Shown here piece by piece: positions 54,601 to 64,000 of a DNA stretch of 64,000 bases; position 1 is the stretch's first letter, and every line of letters begins with the position of its first letter. The translations under genes were made by a program, and so were the position numbers. The DNA comes from Octopus sinensis (taxonomy: Eukaryota), in the NCBI RefSeq assembly GCF_006345805.1, contig NC_043008.1, positions 39,556,001-39,620,000 of the forward strand, read 5' to 3'. Under the pieces are notes generated by a model. It was not told the origin of the DNA. It ran no database searches and worked only from the letters and a program-made list of their open reading frames with translations.

Positions 54601-55830
54601 GCTAGTAGTCGGGTTTAACACATAGTCCCACATCGCTGCAGACCTCGATTAAATTCAGGCGACTCGCTGATGAAGCTGGCCTTAGCAAACATATTCTGTG
54701 TTTTGCTAGAAAGAAGCAGAAACCGCGGTACGAGTTGTTAAAGTTATCGGTAAACGTTTTTGATTTTCACTCTCGATAAATTCATCCCCTTTTTGTGTTC
54801 CCAGCACTCGGCATCTTTATTTAGGAGCCCTTAATTGTATAACTACATGAATAATATTTTTCTATATGAATAATATTTTTGTCTTATGACTAATTCGTCT
54901 TTTGTGCTGGGCACCTGGTAGTAAATAATATTACTACCCTTCTTGTTTATATTCGCATACTACATGATGAATTTATTCGTAAAATTCTTCCCGGCATGCC
55001 CGTGTAAATTTTGCGTCTGCGCAGAGATTTGAAAAGTTAAGATCTGCTAGTAGTCGGGTTTAACACATAGTCCCACATCGCTGCAGACCTCGATTAAATT
55101 CAGGCGACTCGCTGATGAAGCTGGCCTTAGCAAACATATTCTGTGTTTTGCTAGAAAGAAGCAGAAACCGCGGTACGAGTTGTTAAAGTTATCGGTAAAC
55201 GTTTTTGATTTTCACTCTCGATAAATTCATCCCCTTTTTGTGTTCCCAGCACTCGGCATCTTTATTTAGGAGCCTTAATTGTATAACTACATGAATAATA
55301 TTTTTCTATATGAATAATATTTTTGTCTTATGACTAATTCGTCTTTTGTGCTGGGCACCTGGTAGTAAATAATATTACTACCCTTCTTGTTTATATTCGC
55401 ATATATATATATATATATATGCATATATATACACCATTCTGCTTAAATAATGGGACTTCAGATACAACATTTTTACATATCTCAGGTCTGTTTTCATTCC
55501 TCCACTTCACTCTGTATTTCATATCTTTTCCATAATAACTATTAATTAAACATTTTTTCGCACCGACTCTGATGGAGGGGTGTATAAAATATCCCGGAAA
55601 CCACTGTAAGACCTCTTTATAAATGTTCTGAAAACTATTCACAGCCTTGGATTTTATCACATTCTGTTAATATTTATATATATGCATGCTATTACACGAC
55701 ATACGTTGGACTCCTCATTCGTATCATTATCGAAGCTGCAGCTTAACTATAGTCTGTCCATAGCACTTACTCAGCATTACCTTACACCATCGGTTGTTCT
55801 GACACCAATACCTCTCATACCCTATATATA

Positions 55831-57013
55831 CACAGACATGCAGGAAGTAAATAGACACCTTTAATTTTCAAAATCTTTTACTTAATACGCAAAGTGAACA
55901 ATTGAAATGTAATCGATAGGTAGGACTACTTACTTCAGTATTTAGTTGACATTCCCTTTGCAGCTTTTAATTCAAAAACTCTTTTTGGCATTGAACTTAT
56001 GAGCTTTGTGATTGTTTCTTGTGGAATTTCTGTTCACTTTTCACGCAACAATCGAAACAATTCATCTTTAGATTCAGGTTTCTGTCGAGTTCTTCGCACA
56101 GCTCTATCTAGTATGCTCCAAATATTTTCAATTGGGTTCATATAAAGAGACTTTGATCCCATTTTCAGTCAGCCATTCTTTTTCTGTGTGGCATGGCGCT
56201 CCATTTTCCATGAATAAAAACTCATACTTCGTTATGTTATCGTGTGAATACATCGAAAGTACTCCTTGCTTAACTATTTCAATGTATTTTTCAGAGTTTA
56301 TGGTTCCAACATTACTGGTCACAGTTCCCCATACCATTACAGAGATACCGCCATGTTTCACAGTTGGTTGGAGTCTTTCAAATCAAATTCTTGAGTCGGA
56401 AGCCTCCAGACACAAACACGTCCACTCTCTGAAAATAATGCAAATCTGGATTCGTCTGAGAAAATCACTCTATCCCAAAATGAAATGGATTTTTCTGACA
56501 TCTCCTTAGCCCATTTCTTTCTTTTCATTATATTAATTGGTTGAAGGAGAGGTTTTCTTCTAGTTGCTCGTCCATAATACCCAAGGTTATGCAGATATGT
56601 AACATACGTTCTTGAACTAATTTCTAGCTGTTTAGCAATGTGAGAAACCTTCGAACGTGGTGCGTTTTCCACAGGTCGGCCGGGACGAAAATCTGTCGAT
56701 TCTTTTCCTTGGCTTTTGGATTGCACTATAATTTTATTAACAGTAGCAAAAGGAATTTGAAGATTTTCGGCAATTTTTCACTGGCTAAGACCAGCCTCAG
56801 ATTGCCCAACAATACGACCTCTTTGAAAATCGGCCAGTTCTGCTGAATTTTTTTGTGTGGCATGGTTACTCTTCGCAAATGTTTAATATAATAGCACCTG
56901 GAATGAAAAAGAATAATTACATTGTAAATTCTGCATCGCTGAGAACATATTAAGACGCTTAGATCAGAAATTTTGAAAATTAAAGGTGTCTATTCATCTC
57001 CTCCATGACTATG
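55831..57013 (-). mobile_element. Tc1-family DNA transposon, internally deleted, with ~43-bp TIRs and TA target duplication
   Basis: Left CACAGACATGCAGGAAGTAAATAGACACCTTTAATTTTCAAAA vs right (reverse complement) CATAGTCATGGAGGAGATGAATAGACACCTTTAATTTTCAAAA; TA on both sides. Confidence 0.9.
56128..56726 (-). pseudogene. Frameshifted Tc1 transposase
   Basis: GYYGRATRRKPLL...FWDRVIFSDESRFALF...VWR and KHGGISVMVWG..TINSEKY..FMENGAPCHT in different frames. Confidence 0.85.
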
Positions 57014-57611
57014 TATATATGTATAAATACCAGTGTGTGCGTGTGTATAATTCTATGGGCATATTTGCTAGAAAGATGGAATATGTCTATGTATATGATA
57101 TATTAGTTATAATGTATTCAAGCAGCTGTTTGTATTACGAGCTTTAACGTTTAGCCTGTTTTTACAAATAGATATGAAACAGGAAGCCTTTCTATACTAT
57201 TGTGACATTGGAAAAAATCTTGCTGGTAGCAACACTTTGGCTGAATCAACGAAATATTAATCGTTTTGGTTATGCAGGCACATTAGACCACGATTAGATT
57301 TGCAATGCTGCTCTCTGAGATTGTGCAATTTCATGTGTATTGAACGACTACACGCAAAGACGTGTTATTTATATATATATTTGTAAATGTGTGTATATAA
57401 ATATGAATATATGTATGTGTGTATTAAAAGGTGTGCATGTGTGTAATATTTGTGGTTATTCTAAGATTATGACATGAGAATAAGTTTCGTTGAAACAATA
57501 TATATGCACGCCTGTGTGTGAGTCTGTGTGTGTGTGTGTGTGATTGCTACTATTAAAATAATATACTAATACACATTTGTTGCAAAATGGAAAGAAATCC
57601 CTTACATCTAT

Positions 57612-57985
57612 CGTGGCTCTCCGTCAGTTACGACGAAGAAAGTTCCAGTTGATCCGACCAAAGGAACAGCTTGCTCGTTAAATTAAGGTGCAAGTGGCTG
57701 AGGGTGCCACAGACAGGTGTATCCTTTACCTAGTTCTAGAGGAGATTCTTTGCGACACCGAGTGTGAAAAGGCTGGTACCTTTGAAATACTGGTACAACA
57801 GACACAGAGTGAGAAAAAGTTATGGTGAAAGAGTACTGCACGGTTCGCCACCATCCCCTGTATGAGCCTCATGGAGAATTAGGTATTTTCGCTCAATAAA
57901 CACTCACAGCGCCCTGCCTGGGAATCGAAACTGTGATCCTACGACCGCCAGTCAGCTGCCCTAATCACTGGGTCATTGTGCTTCT
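57612..57985 (-). mobile_element. Near-complete family-D SINE, decayed
   Basis: Reverse-complement homolog of 62443-62825. Confidence 0.8.
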
Positions 57986-58685
57986 ACTTACATCTATCAC
58001 ACTATATCACATTCACATAAAAAAGTTCCTTTTAATCCAAACCGCTAGTTTTTGAGCTAATTTTCAGAACGCTTTATAGAAATAAACTGGGAACCTTTAA
58101 GAAAATCAACAAAGATGGAAAAGAAAAATAAGCCCCTAAAATGCAAAAAGAAATTTAATTAATTCTAATGTTATATTAAGTTTGTCTGCCGAGTGAACCT
58201 TTTCACATGCTTAGTAATGCATCAAGGATATTATAATGTTAAGAATGACAAAATAATGAATCGACAGTTGATAATAAAAAAAAATTATGAAGGGATTTCA
58301 GAAGACGGTAAACAAATATGTAATATGCATAAGCCTAAATAATTAAAACAAAAATCTGTATGCCGAGGCGTAAGAAATGGGTCGCTAATCACATTTTCGC
58401 TGAATAGGTTTCTAGTGGAATTAATCCGAATAGCATTAAACCCAACACGTGGCAGCACACAGATAAATTCACATGTGCACTGCCATATGAATACACATAA
58501 ACAGGCTCACACGCGCGAGCGTGTATATATATACATATATATATATATATATAATGCAAATATGTGTGTGTGTGAGAGACAGAGTGAAAGAAGAAGAACA
58601 TGTCTGTTTAAAGTCAAAAAAATCACACTCAAGCATATATAGATTCATATTTACGCATGTACACACGTTAATGCATGTATGCATG

Positions 58686-58716
<31 letters not shown>

Positions 58717-58921
58717 TATATATATTATATACACACACATATATATATATTATATATATATATATATATACATACATACATACACACACATGTATATATA
58801 AATATAAATATTCATGTATTTTATCTATCTCTGACTCTCTTTCTGCATATTTCATACATACATACATGTATATATATATACATATATATATAATATATAT
58901 ATATATATATCTATATATATA

Positions 58922-59306
58922 TATATATAGAGGGCATTATACATACATGCCAGAAGGCATTATACATACATGCCACACGCTAAGAGGGACAATTAGTCAT
59001 TTCTACCAAAAATATTACTAATCCCACCGAATGCAATTTTTCAAAGTAAGACATTTAAAAAATATAGACCTGTATCACAGTGATTTCATACTTACGTATT
59101 CATCAGCAGGCCTGAATGCATTATAAATAAACGACCCTGCCCCGCTTAAGTGATACAGGTCTATATTTTTTAAATGTCTTACTTTGCAAAATTGCATTCG
59201 GTGGGATTAGTAATATTTTTGGTAGAAATGACTAATTGTCCCTCTTAGCGTGTGGCATATATGTATAATGCCTTCTGGCATGTATGTATAATGCCCTCTA
59301 TATATA
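58922..59306. repeat. Long near-perfect inverted repeat (157-bp arms, 71-nt spacer) adjoining a (TA)n tract
   Basis: 58922-59078 is the reverse complement of 59150-59306 with 2 mismatches seen. Confidence 0.95.
59066..59113 (-). ncRNA. Canonical minimal type I hammerhead ribozyme
   Basis: Minus strand: AGGCCUG-CUGAUGA-AUAC-GUAA-GUAU-GAA-AUCAC-U-GUGAU-A/CAGGUCU. All core nucleotides are intact, stem II has a GNRA loop, stem I is 7 bp, and the cleavage triplet is AUA. Confidence 0.8.
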
Positions 59307-59425
59307 AATTAATATGTTCAATAAGAAATAATTATTTTCGAAATTTTTTCTCTTATGAGGTTTTCACGCTATCTACCTGACAATTTCTTGTTAAGTTTTG
59401 CTTATTAAGTAGTTGTCCTTAATTG

Positions 59426-59484
<59 letters not shown>

Positions 59485-59627
59485 AGTAATATTCGTAGTC
59501 GCTTTAACATGGCTGTCCGTTCGAGCGGACTCTACAGCGAGACGCGAAAGACAATTTCAAACGTAGTAATGCTCCAAGAACACCAGAGAAAGATTGGGCT
59601 TTTACACTTATATGTAGGAAAAACGTT

Positions 59628-59730
59628 GCGAGTAGGTGGAGTCGAACCTGAACTTTTCAGTCGAACCTGAGTCGAACCTGAACTTTTCAGAAACTACCTG
59701 AGGGTTGTAACCATTAAACTAAATAGTCCC
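59628..59730 (-). pseudogene. tRNA-like relic (possible AGU anticodon loop) with internal duplication
   Basis: A-box TAGTTTAATGG, B-box GGTTCGACTCC, UCAG/CUGA anticodon stem; T and acceptor stems are broken; GTCGAACCTGAACTTTTCAG is duplicated. Confidence 0.45.
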
Positions 59731-59755
59731 TGACGATGTTTCTCCTAATTTACAG

Positions 59756-59832
59756 AGGGTGTTTAGCTTAATGGCAAGATGACTCTCTCCGTATCTAAGG
59801 GATACAGGTTCGACTCCCGTAGAGGCCTGCTA
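59756..59832 (+). pseudogene. tRNA-like relic
   Basis: A-box TAGCTTAATGG, B-box GGTTCGACTCC, T stem 4/5 paired; anticodon and acceptor arms are poor. Confidence 0.45.
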
Positions 59833-59932
59833 CGTCTTATAAGGGCGAATACTCTTCGCTGTACTTACAGCATAACTCCGTTCGAAATTAACATTCATGT
59901 CTACAAAATATCTACTTGATAGGCTTCGGCCA

Positions 59933-60051
<119 letters not shown>

Positions 60052-60341
60052 TGAAATACAACGGAATGGGGAATTTAAATCCGAGCAGACGTATCTGGAT
60101 CATTCTGCTAAAATCCAGATTAGGTTAACCACATTGAATGCTAGAAAACATGTAGAATTGATTGAAATAAAGAATGATATTGTGCTCCCTTCGATTTGTA
60201 AATCCTCAGTTCGCTTCAGTGGATTCTAATTACACAGAATATATTATCAAGACATTATAATGAAGAATGAAGGGATAGCAATACGAAGTAATGTTTCATA
60301 TTAAATAAGTCTCGAAGAATAACATTTCATCTTAATATATG

Positions 60342-60409
<68 letters not shown>

Positions 60410-60754
60410 GCACACCATTGTGTATGTGAGAGAAAGAGAGAAAAGGTGAGAGTAAAAGCTTGACTTGTAAAATATAGAAAAATAACGATATGATGTTGAA
60501 AAATACTTTTAAGAATCCATTTAAATTGAATTAATTTACTAATTTATCCAAGCAGTTCTGTATCTTTGCCACAGTTTCAGACAGGCAAAGTAAATGTTCT
60601 TTGTTAATCTATTTTCACACATTATGTTAATGGCAATTTGCCGTACACGAAAATTTTTATAGACGCACTTCGTGTTTATTTTTTATTCATACCACCTTCT
60701 TCGTTCATCTTAATTTTATCCATAATAGTGGTTCGAAAATTTGGCACAAGGCTA

Positions 60755-61990
60755 GCATTTTCGGAGGCAGAAATGTTAGCACGTCGGGCGAAATGCGTAG
60801 CCGTATTTTGTCTGTCGCTACGTTGTGAGTTCAATTTCCGCCGAGGTCGACTTTGCCTTTCATCCTTTCGGGGTCGATAAATTAAGTACCAGTTACGCAC
60901 TGGGGTCGATGTAATCGACTTAATACCTATGTCTGTCCTTGTTTGTCCCCTCTATGTTTAGCCCCTTGTGGGTAATAAAGAAATAGGTTACATTGTCCCC
61001 ACCACCTTCCCAGTGCTGTACTGGTTCTTATTTTTCCGACCTCGAAAGGATGAAAGACAAAATCGAATTCGGCAGAAATGGAACTGGGAATGCAAAGACG
61101 GATGAAATGCTGCTAAGTATTTAACACGAGCAGATTCTGCTAGCTCATCGCCTTGATATTATCTATAATATTCTGGGAACAATCAAAGAATGAGAGATCA
61201 TAGCATTTGGGGAGTTAGGTTGTTGCAGACATATTAGATATGTCTCGTTAATAAATTTATATACATAAACATAAGTTAAGCAATTGCTTTTGGTGATATA
61301 ACACAATAAGAGGCCACTTTGTAACTAAGAAATTTGATTTGATTTGTATTTCAAGAAAACTGTATTTCTTATTGTGAGAATAGAGATTTTATTTTATAAG
61401 TACTTATAGGATATCAACCACCAGGTTTCAATAATCCGGTTATTTATCACATCTCGAAAATGTTAGCGAAGTGTATTTACATAAGCCTACTTAGAATGGA
61501 ATAACATACTTTTTTTAATGATTTAACTATGATGTAGGTAGCTCGCACTGGTTAGGGTATATTTATTACAATCTTAAGGTGGCGAGCTGGCAGAAACTTT
61601 AGCGCGCCGGGCGAAATGCTCAGCAGCATTTCGTCTGCTGTTACGTTCTGAGTTCAAATTCCGCTGAGATCGACTTTGCCTTTCATTCTTTCGGGGTCGA
61701 TTAAATAAGTACCAGTTACGCACTGGGATCGATATAATCGACTTAATCCGTTTGTCTGTCCTTATTTGTCCTCTCTGTGTTTAGCCTCTTCTGGGTAGTA
61801 AAGAAATAGGTATTTCGTCTGTCGTTACGTTCTGAGTTCAAATTCCGCCGAGGTCGACTTTGCCTTTCATCCTTTCGAGGTCGATAAATAAAGTATCTCT
61901 TTCGCACTGGGGTCGATGTAATCGACTTAATCCCTTTGTCTGTCCTTGTTTGTCACCTCTATGTTTAGCCCCTTGTGGGCAGTAAAGAAA
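60755..61990. mobile_element. Cluster of family-A SINEs (+60755-60990, -61010-61155, +61578-61990 dimer)
   Basis: Multiple copies of the core; the body repeats with a ~184-bp period at 61628 and 61812. Confidence 0.85.
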
Positions 61991-62442
61991 TATATATTTA
62001 TTACAATATTCGCATGTTATAATTTCTCTAAATATTTCAAATATAGTAATACATTCCATAGTGATTTACACTACAAGATAAAGCGTTGGTAGTCAATTAA
62101 TTTTTCATGACAACTAGATGACATAACACAGTTCTCCGCCTACGAAATCTGTGAACCAACTCTACCTTCTGTTGAAGTTACAAACTGATAATAATAAGCG
62201 TCCAAACCACTACATTACGTCATCCCAAATGCTATTAAGCGGATGACAACTGAATGATTTTGCTAAGTCAGCAGTTCAACATCCTAAGATCTGGTATATA
62301 TTCTCAACAACAACATTTACATGAACTTTAGTATTATGACCTACCAACGTACATTATGCTAGGTGTGCAGCTCGTGATAACTTATTATGTTGCAGCTATG
62401 TTCAGCCATCCTCTTTTCGCTTACTCTCTATGCTGCTGTTTG

Positions 62443-62825
62443 AGGAGGCGCAATGGCCCAGTGGTTAGGGCAGCGGACTCGCGGTCGTAGGATCGCGGTT
62501 TCGATTCCCAGACCGGGCGTTGTGAGTGTTTATTGAGCGAAAACACCTAAAGCTCCACGAGGCTCCGGCAGGGTATGGTGGTGATCCCTGCTGTACTCTT
62601 TCACTACAACTTTCTCTCACTCTTACTTCCTGTTTCTCTTGTACCTGTATTTCAAAGGGCCGGCCTTGTCACTCTCTGTGTCACGCTGAATATCCCCGAG
62701 AACTACGTTAAGGGTACACGTGTCTGTGGAGTGCTCAGCCACTTACACGTTAATTTCACGAGAAGACTGTTCCGTTGATTCGGATCAACCGGAACCCTCG
62801 TCGTCGGAACCGACGGAGTGCTTCC
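62443..62825 (+). mobile_element. Young, near-complete family-D SINE (tRNA-Arg-like head)
   Basis: GGAGGCGCAATGGCCCAGTGGTTAGGGCAGCGGACTCGCGGTCGTAGGATCGCGGTTTCGATTCCC head; many CpGs retained. Confidence 0.85.
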
Positions 62826-62987
62826 AATGCTGCTGTTTAATATGATTTTATTGTTGATTTTCGATATTTTATTAGAACTTTAAAAATTACTTCCAAATTT
62901 ATGTTGATCGTTTTCATCTAAGTTTGTCGTTGAACTAACTTAGTCGCTTGACATTTAGAAAAAATATCTGCGGTATTCATTACAAAT

Positions 62988-63455
62988 GTGGAGGCGCGTG
63001 GCTAAGTGGTTAGGGTGTTTAACTCATGATCGTAAGGTTGTGGTTTCGATTCCTAGACCAGGCAATGCGTTGTGTTCTTGAGCAAAACACTTCATTTCAA
63101 AAATGAGTAATCCCGAGACGAACCGGCGTTCCGTCCAGGTGGGGAATTTCTACGCCACTGAAATCGGGAAACCGGCCTTTATGAGCCTGGCATGGCTCGA
63201 GAAGGAACATTTTTAGTGGAGGCGCGTGGCTTAGTGGTTAGGGTATCAGCATCATGATCGTAAGATTGTGGTTTCGATTCCTGGACCGAGTGACGTGTTG
63301 TGTTCTTGAGCAAAACACTTCATTTCACGTTGTTCCAGTTCACTCAGCTGGCAAAAACGAGTAACACTGCGATGGACTGGCGTCCCCTCCAGCTGGGGAA
63401 CACATACGCCATTGAAACCGGGAAACCGGGCCCATGAGCTTGACCAGGCTTCAAA
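62988..63455 (+). mobile_element. Two tandem family-C SINEs
   Basis: Both start TGGAGGCGCGTGGCT.AGTGGTTAGGGT (62988 and ~63217) and share the TGTGTTCTTGAGCAAAACACTTCATTTCA core. Confidence 0.85.
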
Positions 63456-64000
63456 AGGGCGCATTTATTTTATTTATATTCGTTACAAATATTTCCCATC
63501 ATTGTTCAAAACTCAGCAATGCCCAAAATAATTTCTTCTCTTTCCTAGTCGGTACATGAACTACCAGCACAGAATGATTGATTGGAAGAAACGGTCGTGT
63601 AATGAACGAAAGATTTTGCAGTATCTGTTCAAGATTTTGACGCCTGATTTCAAATTCCGCCCCGATACCGATACATAAGACTAATCACAAAACCACAAAA
63701 GCAATCCGTCAAAACCACATAGATAAACCGACAATGGTATTTTGAAGCTTTCCTCCAGCAATGCAGAGAAAACGGCCGAAAGGAAAACTGTTTCTACGTG
63801 GTTTGAATTGGCTTAGCTAATTAAAAATATTGATTTACATTAAAGAGAAACATCAATGTATCTATAAACATCGTTTTATAACATTTCTAAAAGGGAATAA
63901 GTTTCTGTTCCATCCTCAAATGCCGTAACAATACACAAAACTAAATTTAGAAAGTAATGGCGGCGTAGATATATATATGAATAAAAGAAAATACTTGAAT

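Larger units (their letters stand above)
50945..55403 (+). mobile_element. Hammerhead-bearing 445-bp tandem array with inverted first unit (retrozyme / non-autonomous Penelope-like element)
   Basis: Direct units start at 51260, 51705, 52150, 52593, 53037, 53482, 53924, 54368, 54813 and 55258 (partial, to 55403). An inverted partial unit spans 50945-51259; (TA)n lies on both flanks. The array is certain; the retrozyme call is inferred. Confidence 0.8.

Noticed and set aside
50945-55403. CRISPR array or conventional satellite/5S-type RNA gene cluster
   Set aside because: Units are full 445-bp copies with no variable spacers; no 5S, snRNA or tRNA sequence was recognised; no ORF of 60 aa or more lies within the direct units.
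59628-59832. Functional tRNA genes
   Set aside because: Acceptor, anticodon or T stems do not pair properly, and one copy has an internal duplication.
59912-59932. CTTGATAGGCTTCGGCCAG resembling a hammerhead core with UUCG stem II
   Set aside because: The core is mutated and truncated by (TA)n.

Overview
AT-rich, microsatellite-dense animal genomic DNA with no confidently identifiable host protein-coding exon. The tRNA-derived SINE repertoire and overall composition resemble Octopus; this is from recall and was not searched. Almost all tracked ORFs are microsatellite translations. The ORFs that look real are decayed transposon fragments: CR1-group and RTE LINEs, two mariners, a Tc1 with TIRs and a weaker Tc1/mariner relic. 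Two DINE-1/HINE-like elements and at least four SINE families are also present. The main result is a 4.5 kb array at 50945-55403: one inverted partial unit followed by 9.3 near-identical 445-bp direct units. Every full unit, and the inverted unit, carries a type I hammerhead ribozyme fold: stem I, CUGAUGA, a long stem II, GAAAC, a palindromic mini stem III and a GUA cleavage site. This is the architecture of a metazoan retrozyme or non-autonomous Penelope-like element, predicted to release ~445-nt monomers or circles. Unrelated hammerhead motifs occur at 11.7, 22.5 and 59.1 kb (the last fully canonical), with decayed or partial ones at 24.5, 33.6 and 45.0 kb. Most lie in or beside foldback palindromes next to (TA)n tracts. 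All folds were derived by eye and ribozyme activity is untested.
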